NCBI GenBank assembly: GCA_031409655.1
Contig: JANNXQ010000130.1
Span: forward strand, 11,130 to 75,129
Direction of reading: 5' to 3'
Source: Chthoniobacteraceae bacterium
GTDB taxonomy: Bacteria > Verrucomicrobiota > Verrucomicrobiia > Chthoniobacterales > Chthoniobacteraceae
DNA: 64,000 nt
Positions 48,889 to 58,990 of this stretch are shown piece after piece. The notes under the pieces are model-generated. The model made no database searches. It had not been told where the DNA came from and saw only the letters and a list, made by a program, of their open reading frames with translations. Made by a program: the position numbers and the translations under genes. The first letter of the stretch is position 1; each line of letters opens with the position of its first letter.

Positions 48889-49773
48889 TTAATGGCTGCG
48901 GGGCGCGGTGGCGGAGAGAAAAATGTGCGGCAGCAAATTGAGTCGCGATGGCGTGAGTTTCCACGCGCGCCACAAAAGCGCCGTGCTCTGGCGCGGATCG
49001 GCAGCGCGCAGCAGGCGTCCGTGATTGGAGAGTGCCTCGGACAGACACTCGCGGCGCAGGGACGCAGGGACGACGGAAAGCGCTCGGTGCTTTTCGAAAA
49101 AAGCCACCTCCTGCTGCGCCCAGACGAGCGTGCGAGCCATGGCGCTGGCCGCGTGTTTGGCGTAGTGGCAGGTGACTTCGCTGGTCTCGGCGAGGCGCGC
49201 GCCGAGCAGGGCACAGCGCAGCCAGTAGTCCCGATCCTCACCGACGCAGAAGGTTTCATCGAAACTTCCCACCTTCTCCGCGAGCGAACGGCGGAGCGCG
49301 ACGCAGGAGGAAGTCATGATCGCGCTGCGCTCGAAAAGGCCACGCACCGGAGCGGCGAAAAAGCTCGTCGGCGGCACGTACGTCTCCAACTCGCTCCCAC
49401 TGGCGAGGTCGAAGGTCTGCAGGCGCGCGACGGCGAGATCGGCCCCGGCCTCGAGGGTCTCGCGAGCGCGGAGGAGATGCTGCGGCGTCCAGCGGTCGTC
49501 CGCATCGAGGAAGGCGAGCCCTTCACTCTGCGCCAGTTCCAGCAGACGATTGCGCGCTGCCGCCACGCCTCGATTCGTCCCGAGATTTTCGTACTGCACC
49601 CGGCGGGATTCGCCGCTGGCAAAAGCGCGCACGATCTCCTCCGTCCCGTCGCGCGATCCATCCTCGACGACGATCAACTCCCAATCCTGGTGCTCCTGCG
49701 CCCGCAGGCTCTGCAAGGCTGACGGCAGGAAGCGCCCCGCCTGGTAGGCCGCGATGAGGACGCTGAATTTCAA
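48889..49773 (-). CDS. Glycosyltransferase family 2
   Basis: SVLIAAY, VEDGSRD, FLDADD and GEDRDYWLR. Confidence 0.9.
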   Translation of the reverse strand: MKFSVLIAAYQAGRFLPSALQSLRAQEHQDWELIVVEDGSRDGTEEIVRAFASGESRRVQYENLGTNRGVAAARNRLLELAQSEGLAFLDADDRWTPQHLLRARETLEAGADLAVARLQTFDLASGSELETYVPPTSFFAAPVRGLFERSAIMTSSCVALRRSLAEKVGSFDETFCVGEDRDYWLRCALLGARLAETSEVTCHYAKHAASAMARTLVWAQQEVAFFEKHRALSVVPASLRRECLSEALSNHGRLLRAADPRQSTALLWRAWKLTPSRLNLLPHIFLSATAPRSH

Positions 49774-49778
49774 TCCGC

Positions 49779-50345
49779 TCAGTCTCGCCCCTGGCGCTCC
49801 GTGCGCTCATCGGGATCGAGCGGTTCGGTGGGGTCGATGCGGGTCTGATCCAGACGGCGCGTGGAGTAGGTCTTCCGCTCGGTCGCCGACTTGCTGAGCG
49901 AGCCATCGATTTTCAGGATGCGCGCATTGAGCAGCGCGTAGTAGCGCTTCATCGCCTCCCGCTTTTCGAGGTCCGTCTTCGCCTTCTCCGCGGCCTCGAG
50001 CGCGGCCAGCACCGCGGGATCCCGCACCGCTTTGTTTTTCGCGAGCCGATACTGGATGCGCTGTTTCACATCCTCCTCGGCGGCGGTCGTCTTGTTCGTC
50101 TTCGGGCGCGCTGGCGCCGATGAGGAGGAAGAGGACGACGACCGCGAAGACGAAGGCTGCGGAATGGCCGAACCCCGCGGCTTCGGGTTCTGCGGGATGT
50201 TGTCGGGGATCAGGAAATCCGTCGGCGCTGGCTCCGGGGCGAGTTGCAGTGGTTTTTCAGCGGGGGCCGCGGGCGCCTTTGCCTGGGCAAAGGCGGCGGG
50301 CAGCGTGAGCAGGAATACGGCAAGGGAGAGGGTCGCAATTTTCAT
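49779..50345 (-). CDS. Secreted hypothetical protein (Pro/Ser-rich linker, helical C-terminus)
   Basis: MKIATLSLAVFLLTLPAAFAQ signal peptide; start at ATG 50345. Confidence 0.7.
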   Translation of the reverse strand: MKIATLSLAVFLLTLPAAFAQAKAPAAPAEKPLQLAPEPAPTDFLIPDNIPQNPKPRGSAIPQPSSSRSSSSSSSSAPARPKTNKTTAAEEDVKQRIQYRLAKNKAVRDPAVLAALEAAEKAKTDLEKREAMKRYYALLNARILKIDGSLSKSATERKTYSTRRLDQTRIDPTEPLDPDERTERQGRD

Positions 50346-50421
50346 GAGCAGGAAAGGAGGAGTAAGATGATGGCGGAAAGTTTTCGTTTGAAAAGGCCGC
50401 CTTCCCGCGCCACTCCCGCTA

Positions 50422-51690
50422 ATGCCATCGCTCGTCCGCACGCTGCGCCCGCTCGACCTCGACCTCACGCCGGTCGAGGTTGCCGCGCGCTGCCGCGATC
50501 TGCCGGGGTGCGTGTTCTTTGATACCGCGTCCGAAGGCCGCAGTGCGGATGAAATCTCCATCGTCGCCGCGCGTCCGACGGAGATCATCCGTGGCCGATC
50601 GGACACCGATTGGCAGCGCCTGCGCGGCGCGCTCGCGGCGCGGACTGGAGGCGTGCAGTGCGACGACGGCCTGCCGCGCGGCTTCGCAGCGGGGAGCGTG
50701 GACTACGACGGCGCGTTTTGCTTCGGCTTCTACGACGACGCGCTCATCTTCCGACACGCGGATGAGACGTGGCACGCCACAGGCGAAATGTGGACGCATC
50801 TCCAGGAGAAAGGGCGCCCTCGCCCCGAGTTTCAACAAGGGGGCGAGGGCGCCCCTGCTCCTTGTTTCTCCCCCACGATGACGCGGGAGCATTTCTGCAG
50901 CATGGTCGCGCGTGCGCAGGACTACATCACCGCTGGCGACATCTATCAGGTGAATCTTGCGCACCGCTTCACCGCCTCGTGGAGCGGCGACGCCTTCGCC
51001 TTTTACGAAGCCCTCCGCCATTACTCCCCCGCTCCCCACGGCGCGTATCTCGATCTTGGCGACCGCCAGATCCTCTCTACTTCACCCGAATCCTTTCTCC
51101 GCCTGAGCGGCAGCACCGTGCGCACGCGCCCGATCAAAGGCACCCGCCCGCGCCGCGCCGATCTGAAGGCCGACGAAAAATCCGCTTACGACCTGCTCAC
51201 TTCGCCGAAGGAAATCGCCGAGCTGGTGATGATCACCGATCTGGAGCGCAACGACCTCGGCCAGGTCTGCGAGTATGGCAGCGTCGCCGTCACCGAGCTG
51301 CTGAAACTCGAACGCTACGAGCAAGTCTTCCACCTGGTCTCCACCGTCGAAGGCCGACTGCGCCCCGAGGTCGATCACATCGCCGCCCTCCGCGCCTGCT
51401 TCCCCGGCGGCTCGATCACTGGCGCGCCGAAAAAACGCGCCCGAGAAATCATCGCCGAACTCGAACCCGAACTGCGCGGCCTCTACACCGGTGCCATCGG
51501 CTGGTTCGGCTTCAACGGCGAGAGCCAGTTCAACATCGCCATCCGCACCGTCATCGCCGAGCGCGACACGCTGCACTTCCACGTCGGTGCGGGGATCGTC
51601 GCGGACTCCGTGCCAGAGCGGGAATGGCAGGAGACCCTGGACAAAGCCGCCGGCATCCTGCTGGCGGCAGAGCGCCTCGCGCGGAAGTAG
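50422..51690 (+). CDS. pabB: Chorismate-binding protein, aminodeoxychorismate synthase component I-like
   Basis: GDIYQVN, TSPESFL, RPIKGTRPR, MITDLERNDL, FPGGSITGAPKKRA and NIAIRT. Confidence 0.82.
   Translation: MPSLVRTLRPLDLDLTPVEVAARCRDLPGCVFFDTASEGRSADEISIVAARPTEIIRGRSDTDWQRLRGALAARTGGVQCDDGLPRGFAAGSVDYDGAFCFGFYDDALIFRHADETWHATGEMWTHLQEKGRPRPEFQQGGEGAPAPCFSPTMTREHFCSMVARAQDYITAGDIYQVNLAHRFTASWSGDAFAFYEALRHYSPAPHGAYLDLGDRQILSTSPESFLRLSGSTVRTRPIKGTRPRRADLKADEKSAYDLLTSPKEIAELVMITDLERNDLGQVCEYGSVAVTELLKLERYEQVFHLVSTVEGRLRPEVDHIAALRACFPGGSITGAPKKRAREIIAELEPELRGLYTGAIGWFGFNGESQFNIAIRTVIAERDTLHFHVGAGIVADSVPEREWQETLDKAAGILLAAERLARK
50803..50864. repeat. Palindromic element inserted in the pabB coding sequence
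   Basis: 23-nt inverted arms (21/23 complementary); closely similar to 53961-54022. Confidence 0.85.
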
Positions 51691-51702
51691 CACGGGATCG
51701 TA

Positions 51703-51793
51703 GTAGCGCAGGCATCCTGCCTGTAAGGAGTGCTGAAGGCTTCCAGCCTGCAGCGTTCGTCCTCGATGGATGCAGGCTGGAAGCCTGCGCTAC
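51703..51793. repeat. GTAG-type REP doublet
   Basis: GTAGCGCAGGCATCCTGCCTG ... CAGGCTGGAAGCCTGCGCTAC. Confidence 0.82.
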
Positions 51794-51877
51794 TCCTCAG
51801 CCGCGCCATGCCGGAGTCGGCTGCGGAAACTCTTGGCTCATGGGTGCGAAGGCACTTTACTCTCCGCCCTCTCGCAT

Positions 51878-52801
51878 ATGGAAAAAGTCATCATCGTCGG
51901 AACCGGCTGCGCCGGGCTCACTGCTGCGATCTACGCGGCGCGCGCCAATCTCACTCCACTCGTGCTCGAAGGGCACGAGCCAGGCGGGCAGCTCTCGACG
52001 ACGACGCTCGTGGAAAATTTTCCCGGCTTCCCTGAAGGAATCAATGGACCCGAGCTGATCATGAACATGAAGTCGCAAGCCGAACGCTTCGGCGCGCGGT
52101 TTGGGTATGAGTCGGTGGAGGGCTTTGAGAAAGCCGAGGACCATCTGCGCGTGAAAGTGGACGGTCAGTGGAAGGAGACGCGCACGCTGATCGTCGCGAG
52201 CGGCGCGAGTGCGAAGTGGCTCGGTCTGCCGAATGAAAAGAAGCTCGTCGGCCACGGGCTGACCTCGTGCGCGACCTGCGACGGCGCTTTCTACCGCAAT
52301 GTGCCGGTGGCCGTGGTCGGCGGCGGCGACTCGGCCTGCGAAGAGGCGACCTTCCTTACGCGCTTTGCCTCGAAGGTGTACCTCGTGCATCGGCGCGACA
52401 GCTTGCGCGCGTCGAAGATCATGGCCGAGCGGGCGCTCGCGAATCCGAAGATCGAGCCGCTCTGGAATTCCGCGCCGGTGGAATATCTCGCGGACGGTGA
52501 AGGCGAGATGCGCGCGGTGAAATTGCGCGACACGACGAATGGCGCGGAGCGCGAAGTGGAAGTGAAGTGCGTCTTTGTGGCCATCGGCCACACCCCGAAC
52601 ACCGCGGCCTTTAAAGGCAAACTCGACATGGACGAGAACGGCTACCTGCTCCAGCGCGAGGGGACGAAGACCAATGTGCCGGGCGTCTTTGCGGCGGGGG
52701 ACGTGGCGGATCACGTCTATCGCCAGGCAATCACGGCGTCCGGCCAGGGCTGTGCGGCGGCGCTCGATGCAGAGAAGTATCTCGCGAACTTCGAGCACTG
52801 A
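51878..52801 (+). CDS. trxB: Thioredoxin reductase
   Basis: GTGCAGLTAAIY, GGQLSTTT, SCATCDG, GGGDSA and GDVADHVYRQAIT. Confidence 0.96.
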   Translation: MEKVIIVGTGCAGLTAAIYAARANLTPLVLEGHEPGGQLSTTTLVENFPGFPEGINGPELIMNMKSQAERFGARFGYESVEGFEKAEDHLRVKVDGQWKETRTLIVASGASAKWLGLPNEKKLVGHGLTSCATCDGAFYRNVPVAVVGGGDSACEEATFLTRFASKVYLVHRRDSLRASKIMAERALANPKIEPLWNSAPVEYLADGEGEMRAVKLRDTTNGAEREVEVKCVFVAIGHTPNTAAFKGKLDMDENGYLLQREGTKTNVPGVFAAGDVADHVYRQAITASGQGCAAALDAEKYLANFEH

Positions 52802-52812
52802 GGAGTGCGGCA

Positions 52813-52911
52813 TGAACATCGAACATCGAACATCGAACGCTGAGCCTCGAACTGGCGGCGCGTCGGTCGGCTCGCTCGACGTTCAATGTTCGATGTTCAA
52901 TGTTCGATGTT
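52813..52911. repeat. AACATCG/CGATGTT inverted heptamer repeat
   Basis: (AACATCG)x3 mirrored by CAATGTTCGATGTT repeats. Confidence 0.8.
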
Positions 52912-52918
52912 TCTGACG

Positions 52919-54106
52919 GTGAAGCTCTGCGACCTCACGCAGTTCTATTCCCCGGTCAGCGGCGGAGTGAAGCGCTACGTCTCGGAGAAGGTACGGCAAG
53001 TGCGCGAGCGAAACGCGGGCGACGAGCACATCCTCATCATCCCCGGCGAACGCGATGAGGTGGTCCACGAAGAGCGTGCGCGCGTTTACACGATCGGCTC
53101 GCCGCTGTTGTCGAAGACTTCGCGCTATCGGGCGCTCCTGCGGCTGGAGGCGATTGAGCGGATTCTGGAGACCGAGCGGCCGGACATTATCGAATGTGGC
53201 GATCCGTATCAGGTGGCTTGGAAGGCGATCCATTCCGGCGCGGCGCTCGGGATTCCGGTCGTGGCATTTTACCACTCGCACTTTCCCGAGGCTTACCTGC
53301 GCAGCACCCAGAAGTTTTTCGGCGCGACGGTCTCGGAGTTCATCGTGGATTTTGCGCGGCGCTATGTGCGGTCGCTCTATAATCGCTTCGAGCGGACCAT
53401 CGTGCCGTCGCCAGCGCTCGGCGCGCTGCTCGGGGAGTGGGGCGTGCGGAATGTGGTGCTCAGCGATCTCGGCGTGGACGCGTCCGTCTTCCGGCCGGAG
53501 CGCGGACTGGGCGAGGAGGTGCGCGGGGAATTTGGCATCCCCCGCGATGCCAAGCTGCTGCTCTACGTTGGTCGGCTGGCGCATGAGAAAGGCACCGCCA
53601 CGCTTTTCGACGCCTTCCGCATCCTCGCGCGCCAGCATCCGCAGCGGTTCCACCTTTTCATCGTCGGCGATGGCACCCAGCGTCCCGAACTCCGCTCCCT
53701 CATCGTCCAGCACCCCGCCCAAATCACCCACCTCCCCTACTCCGCCGAGTCCGTCCGTCTGGCGCAGATTTACCGTGCTGCCGATCTCTTCGTGCATCCC
53801 GGGGTGCAGGAGACCTTTGGCCTCGTGGCGCTCGAGGCGCAGGCTTGCGGCACACCGGTGATCGGGATTCGCGGGAGCTATCTGGACCGCATCATCCAGA
53901 GCGATCTCGCGCAGTGGGCTGCGGTGAATACGCCGGAAGCGCTGGCGGCAGCCATCGCTCAAGGAGTCGGGGTGCCCTCGCCCCGAGTTTCTGAAACGAG
54001 GCGAGGGCGCCCCTCCTCCTTGGACGCGCGCTATTCGTGGTCGGTCGTTTTCGACCGCCTGTTTGACCTCTACCGCGAAGTCATCCGAGACTACCGTCGT
54101 CATTGA
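52919..54106 (+). CDS. Glycosyltransferase family 4
   Basis: SGGVKRY, YVGRLAHEKG and ETFGLVALEAQACGTPV; probable GTG start at 52919. Confidence 0.9.
   Translation: MKLCDLTQFYSPVSGGVKRYVSEKVRQVRERNAGDEHILIIPGERDEVVHEERARVYTIGSPLLSKTSRYRALLRLEAIERILETERPDIIECGDPYQVAWKAIHSGAALGIPVVAFYHSHFPEAYLRSTQKFFGATVSEFIVDFARRYVRSLYNRFERTIVPSPALGALLGEWGVRNVVLSDLGVDASVFRPERGLGEEVRGEFGIPRDAKLLLYVGRLAHEKGTATLFDAFRILARQHPQRFHLFIVGDGTQRPELRSLIVQHPAQITHLPYSAESVRLAQIYRAADLFVHPGVQETFGLVALEAQACGTPVIGIRGSYLDRIIQSDLAQWAAVNTPEALAAAIAQGVGVPSPRVSETRRGRPSSLDARYSWSVVFDRLFDLYREVIRDYRRH
53961..54022. repeat. Palindromic element inserted near the 3' end of the GT4 coding sequence
   Basis: AAGGAGTCGGGGTGCCCTCGCCCCGAGTTTC...GGCGAGGGCGCCCCTCCTCCTT; same family as the pabB insert. 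Confidence 0.85.
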
Positions 54107-54109
54107 TCC

Positions 54110-54790
54110 ATGGCCGACGGCAAGATTTTCGAGATTCGCAGTTTTCGTCCCGCCGACCGCGCGCGGGTCCGAGAGCTGTGCTGTGCGACTGGCTTTCTTG
54201 GAAATCCGATCGATCCCATCTTCGAGGATCGCGAACTTTTCGCCGACTACCTCACGGCCTACTACACGGACTGGGAGCCGGAGAGCGCCTTCGTGCTCCT
54301 CGTAAATGGCGACATCCGCGGCTACCTGCTTGGCTCGCGCCGTCCGACGCGCCAGCAGATCTACAACTTGTACAACAACGTCGCGCTTTTCCTCCGCGGC
54401 ATCCTGCGTTTCCCACGTTACTCGGCGGCGTCGAAAAAGTTTGTCCGCTGGATTCTCACGCAAGCCTGGCGCGAAGTGCCGCAAGCGCCCCGCCGCACCG
54501 CGCATTTTCACCTCAATCTCCTCGCCGACGCCCGCAGCGTGGCGCACACCCGCGCGCTCATGGATTCCTACCTGCGGTATCTCCACGAGCGTGGCGAAAA
54601 ACGCGTCTTCGGCCAGATGGTCGTCTTCGAGGATCGGCGCGGGACGAAGATGTTCGAGCGCTACGGGTGGAAGGTGCTGAACAAGGCCGAGATCACGAAG
54701 TATCGCGATCTCCACCCTGAGCCGGTGTACCTCTGCACGATCATCAAGGATCTGGAGGCGAACCCGCAGCTCTACGCGCGCGTGCCGTAG
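54110..54790 (+). CDS. GNAT-like acetyltransferase
   Basis: IRSFRPADR, YYTDWEPESAFV...GYLLG, AHFHLNLL and MFERYGW. Confidence 0.7.
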   Translation: MADGKIFEIRSFRPADRARVRELCCATGFLGNPIDPIFEDRELFADYLTAYYTDWEPESAFVLLVNGDIRGYLLGSRRPTRQQIYNLYNNVALFLRGILRFPRYSAASKKFVRWILTQAWREVPQAPRRTAHFHLNLLADARSVAHTRALMDSYLRYLHERGEKRVFGQMVVFEDRRGTKMFERYGWKVLNKAEITKYRDLHPEPVYLCTIIKDLEANPQLYARVP

Positions 54791-54809
54791 CGGTCGGTTG
54801 GATGGCGGG

Positions 54810-55268
54810 TCAAAAATCCGCGCCGCGTTCCAAGGCCGCCGTTCGTTTCAGCACGAGCGAGATCATGCGTACGAGATCTTCGCTGAGCACGGGCTTGAAC
54901 ATCACCATGGCGTCGATGCTGCCGAGGAAATCGTTCACCTTGGGATTGTCCACGTAGGCGGTGATGAAAAGGAAACGCGACGCGAGGTGCGGCTTCGTTT
55001 TTTTCACCGCGAGGTAAAACATGTCGCCCGGCATAGTGGGCATAAGCATGTCGCAGAGGATCACGTCGAAGTCCGTCGCCATCGTTTCGCGAAAACCTTC
55101 CGCGCCGTTGTTCACCGTCGTGACGATGAAATTGTGCGCCTCGAGCAGGGCCTTCAGCGTCTCGGCGAGTTCCACGTCGTCGTCGAGGAGCAGGATGCTT
55201 TTGATCTCGATCTCAGATCGTTCGGGCCAGGCCGGGGAGCCGATCGAAGTGGAGGAGTGTGGGATCAT
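54810..55268 (-). CDS. Single-domain response regulator
   Basis: LLLDDD, ILCDMLMP, FITAY and FKP. Confidence 0.88.
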   Translation of the reverse strand: MIPHSSTSIGSPAWPERSEIEIKSILLLDDDVELAETLKALLEAHNFIVTTVNNGAEGFRETMATDFDVILCDMLMPTMPGDMFYLAVKKTKPHLASRFLFITAYVDNPKVNDFLGSIDAMVMFKPVLSEDLVRMISLVLKRTAALERGADF

Positions 55269-55388
55269 CAGGCGGAGTCTCGGGCGTTGGGCAACCCCTC
55301 TGCTCCGCTAGTCCCGTGCCAGGCCCGCAGATCACAGGACGGCTCCCGGGAGCGCCGCCGTCGGCCGTTTTCAATCCGACAGACTGCC

Positions 55389-56933
55389 TCAGTTCGCAGG
55401 CGGAGGTTCGGGCTTCGCGGGAGTCGCGGGCGCCGGTGCGGGTGCAGGCTTTGCGGCCTCTGCTGGAGTCGGGGTCGGCGGAGTGGCAGCGGGCGGCACG
55501 GAGATCGGTGGGGTGGTGACGCTGATCGGCGGAGTCGTCGAGCTCACGGAGGGTTTCGCGGGCGGCACCGCAGGCGGTGGCGTGGGTGCGTCAGGGGCCG
55601 GTTTGGCGGGAGTTTCGGGCGAGGCTGGCGGCATGGGCTTCGCGGCATCCACGGGTGGGACCGCCACCGGCGGGGATGTCGCGGTAGGAATGCTGACCGG
55701 CGGGGTCGTCACCGTCACCGGGGCGCGCGCGGGCGCGGGCATGGGCGCGGGCGCGGGAGTGGCGGCGCCGGGGGCACCCAGGGTCGGAGCACCGGGCGCA
55801 GGCGCGTCGGGCTTCTTTTCGGCGAGCAAGGCGGCGCGGTCCTTGAGCAGGGCGTCGATCGTGAAGCGCTCGATGACATAGGCGCGGGACTCGAATTTCT
55901 TCTCCGCCGCAAGCTTGTCTTCGAGCTTCTTCAGCGCGGCCTTAAACTCGTCATCCAGCTTCGTCTTGTCCTCCGGCTTCTCGTCTTTCCCCGGCGTCCG
56001 TTCCTTCCCCAAATTCGCGCTCACCGCGATCTTCACGGGATACGCTTCATCGGTCAGTTTTCCGATCTCGATCTTGTAGGTGAAGTTGTCCGTCGTCTCG
56101 ATCGTCATGATGCTCGGCTTGTCGAGGCCGGTGTCACCAGGCTTCGCATCGGGCGCGAGCACGTCCTTGAAAGTCGGATTCGCGAAGGCCGTCGTGAGCG
56201 GCGAAATCTTGCCGGTGTCGAGGCTCTCGTCTGGCTTCGCATCGGCGAGCTTCCACTCCGCGGTCGCACTCTCGCGGGTCAGTTTCCACTTCTGCGCATC
56301 GGTCGCTCCAGCGAGCGTCACCGACTTTGGATTCTCGATCTTGACGAAATCCTTGCGCAGCCAGCGCTCCGGCTTCGGCTCGAGTTCGTCGAAGGTCTGT
56401 GAAACCAGCGACACGCGGCTCTTCGCGCCAACGGGCATCACGTAGCGGCCAGTCGGAAAGCCCGGCCCTTCCTCCATTCCACCCTCCGACTTGCGGAGAT
56501 GTTTTTTGCCGACGATCAGCGACGCGAGGCTCCTGCCGTCCTTGTCCTTGAATTCCACGAGCGTGCCCGCGCCGTCACCCTGGCCGGGTTCGATCAATTC
56601 CATGCGCCCGAGTTGCGACGGGCCGACCTTCACTTCCTGCACCGTCTTCAGGTCCCAGAGCTTGCGCAGCAGACCGCTGACCTCCTCGTAGTTCGCCGGA
56701 TAATCCGCGCGCTCCTTCACCGTCCAGTCGTCACCCTTGATCAAGTTTACCTCGCCGCCGGAGGTTTTGACCCGGAGCCGCGCGACATCATTGATCGGGA
56801 ATTCGACCACCTTGCCGCCAGCGCCGCCGCCCGTCTCCGACCAGGAATCACGGTTGCTTTCAAAAGCCCGCCAGCCCGCATAACCGAGCGCGCCGACGAG
56901 CACGAGGAGGAGGAGGAGTTGTTTGCCTTTCAT
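55389..56933 (-). CDS. DUF4340 protein with a long Pro/Ala/Thr-rich C-terminal tail
   Basis: N-terminal TM, DUF4340-like WTV..YPA and WLRKDF segments, and its position after the GldG-like gene. Confidence 0.8.
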   Translation of the reverse strand: MKGKQLLLLLVLVGALGYAGWRAFESNRDSWSETGGGAGGKVVEFPINDVARLRVKTSGGEVNLIKGDDWTVKERADYPANYEEVSGLLRKLWDLKTVQEVKVGPSQLGRMELIEPGQGDGAGTLVEFKDKDGRSLASLIVGKKHLRKSEGGMEEGPGFPTGRYVMPVGAKSRVSLVSQTFDELEPKPERWLRKDFVKIENPKSVTLAGATDAQKWKLTRESATAEWKLADAKPDESLDTGKISPLTTAFANPTFKDVLAPDAKPGDTGLDKPSIMTIETTDNFTYKIEIGKLTDEAYPVKIAVSANLGKERTPGKDEKPEDKTKLDDEFKAALKKLEDKLAAEKKFESRAYVIERFTIDALLKDRAALLAEKKPDAPAPGAPTLGAPGAATPAPAPMPAPARAPVTVTTPPVSIPTATSPPVAVPPVDAAKPMPPASPETPAKPAPDAPTPPPAVPPAKPSVSSTTPPISVTTPPISVPPAATPPTPTPAEAAKPAPAPAPATPAKPEPPPAN

Positions 56934-56955
56934 GGGAGTGGATGAGTGGGACGCT

Positions 56956-57072
56956 GTGAATGGTGACTGGTGACTAGTGAATGGTGGGCAAAGCGAGCGA
57001 CGAGGCGATTCGCAGCGAGCGGAGGTGCGGTGGGTGGAGCCGACTATTCACTGATCACCATTCACCAATCAC
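56956..57072. repeat. Inverted heptamer repeat (GTGACTG/GTGAATG family)
   Basis: GTGAATGGTGACTGGTGACTAGTGAATGGTG ... ACTATTCACTGATCACCATTCACCAATCAC. Confidence 0.75.
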
Positions 57073-57082
57073 TTCTTGATCA

Positions 57083-58990
57083 TCAGCGCGCGGCGCGACG
57101 GCTGCGGCGGATGAAAGCGAGACCGACCCCCGCCACTGCGACGAGGATGGGCATCGCGGCGATGTTCAGCCACTTCACCCGGTTCTCGAGCGAGTCGATG
57201 CCGGCGCGCAGTTTCTTGCGCTCGACTTTGAGCTGCGATTTCACCTCGGTCTCTTTTTTTCGGAAGTTCTCGATTTCCTTCTGCTGTTCGGGCGAGAGGA
57301 TGAAGCGCCCGCCGCCTTCCGGCTGCTTGGTCTGCTGGAGTTCGTTCAGCTTTTTCTGCGCGTCGGCGAGGCCGGTTTCCAGGTTCTTGATCTTGGCCTG
57401 GAAATTCGCCTCCGCCTCGGCCTGCATTTCTTTCACCACGGTGAAAGGCCGCTCGCGCGAAGCCCGGCTGCGCACGGCGATCAGGTTGCTGTCGCCGGTC
57501 ATCTGTTCGACGCCGCCTTGCGCGAAAGCAAGGTTGCCATTCGCAGGCATCACCATCCGCTGGCCACCGCCAAAGGGGTTCTGCATTTCCTGCACCGCGA
57601 TCTGGTCCTGAATCATGTCGCAGTCCCCGACGAGGATCACGGTGTTCTCCTCAGCCGATTCCTTGAGCCCGGCTTCCGCGGGCGGCTCATCCTTCTTTGC
57701 TTCGGGCTTCGATGGATCGGCCGGCGGCGTGTCGGCACCCTTGGGTTTACCTTCCGGAAAGGCGGTTTTGAATTTGCCGCTGAGGCGGACGGCGAGCGCG
57801 TACTCCGTACCCGATTTGCTGAAGTCCTGGATCAGTTTTTCGCCGGTGTACTGCGCCATCATCGGATCCACGAGTTGCGAGTTTTTCGACGACTTGATCA
57901 GCGAAGACATCGTGAGTCCTTCCGTCGGCGTGCCGGTGAAGGTGCCGCCGAAGACGTAGAAAAGATTGTCCGTGTTTCCGGTGAGGATGTCGTCCTTGTT
58001 CATCGCTTTCTCCGTGAGCGCGAGCACCGTCGGCGCGCGGCCCTGGCGGGTGCGGCCCACGTAGTCGAGGTCCGCGACGACCTTGCCGGTGTCAAAGGTG
58101 AGACCCCAGCCCTTGAGCAGTTTCTCCATCGTCGAACTGCTCGGCATCGGCATGCCCATTTGCTGCCCAGCAGTATCGAGCACGGAGAGCGGATCGAGGA
58201 AGGCGATGAGCTTGCCGCCGCGCAGGACGAACTGATCGAGCGCATACTGCGCCGCGTCGGTGATGCCCTTTGGATGAATGAGGACGAGCGTCTTGATGTT
58301 GTCGGGGATTTTGTCCACGGACATCTCCACGGTCTCCACTTTGAAGTCGCGCTGCAGCTCAGTCATGAAGACCCACGGCTGCGACCCGCGCTGCTGTTGC
58401 ATGCGCATCATCGGATTCATCTGCTGGCCTTGCACCGGCAGCGGACTCATCACCCCGACGATCGGCTTGTCGGGCGTCATCACCCGGGAGATGGCGCGGG
58501 AGAGATCGTATTCGAGCAACCGCTCGCGATCCGGCGAGAGAAAGGGCACCGCTTCCTTCTGGTCGAGCATGCTAACGCTCACGCCGAGATAGATCGGGTC
58601 GGCACCCATCCGCTGCTGGCCTTCGATGCCATCGAGCCGGGCGGAGTCTTCCGCGTCGGAATCCGGCACCGGATCCAGCTTCTGGATTTCGATCTGCCCC
58701 TTCGAGGCCTGGCGATATTCACCGAGCAAGTCTTCCACGCGCTGGGCGTAGGCTTTGAGAAAGACGGGCATCTGGTTTTCTCCGCGGGTGCAGTAAAAGC
58801 GCACCTGGATCGGGGTATCGAGCTTCGCGAGGATTTTGCGGGTGCCGTCGGAGAGCGTGTAGGCGCGCTCTTCGGTGAGATCGATGCGCTTTTTGGCGCG
58901 GCCGCCGATCACGTTGATGGCAATGAGAATGCCGACCATCGCAGCGATGCCGATGATGGAATAGACGTAGGTTTCGAGTCCTCTTTTCAT
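57083..58990 (-). CDS. GldG-like ABC transporter auxiliary component
   Basis: RIDLTEERAYTLSDGT, LEYDLSRAI and YALDQFVLRGGK, with N- and C-terminal TMs. Confidence 0.9.
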   Translation of the reverse strand: MKRGLETYVYSIIGIAAMVGILIAINVIGGRAKKRIDLTEERAYTLSDGTRKILAKLDTPIQVRFYCTRGENQMPVFLKAYAQRVEDLLGEYRQASKGQIEIQKLDPVPDSDAEDSARLDGIEGQQRMGADPIYLGVSVSMLDQKEAVPFLSPDRERLLEYDLSRAISRVMTPDKPIVGVMSPLPVQGQQMNPMMRMQQQRGSQPWVFMTELQRDFKVETVEMSVDKIPDNIKTLVLIHPKGITDAAQYALDQFVLRGGKLIAFLDPLSVLDTAGQQMGMPMPSSSTMEKLLKGWGLTFDTGKVVADLDYVGRTRQGRAPTVLALTEKAMNKDDILTGNTDNLFYVFGGTFTGTPTEGLTMSSLIKSSKNSQLVDPMMAQYTGEKLIQDFSKSGTEYALAVRLSGKFKTAFPEGKPKGADTPPADPSKPEAKKDEPPAEAGLKESAEENTVILVGDCDMIQDQIAVQEMQNPFGGGQRMVMPANGNLAFAQGGVEQMTGDSNLIAVRSRASRERPFTVVKEMQAEAEANFQAKIKNLETGLADAQKKLNELQQTKQPEGGGRFILSPEQQKEIENFRKKETEVKSQLKVERKKLRAGIDSLENRVKWLNIAAMPILVAVAGVGLAFIRRSRRAAR

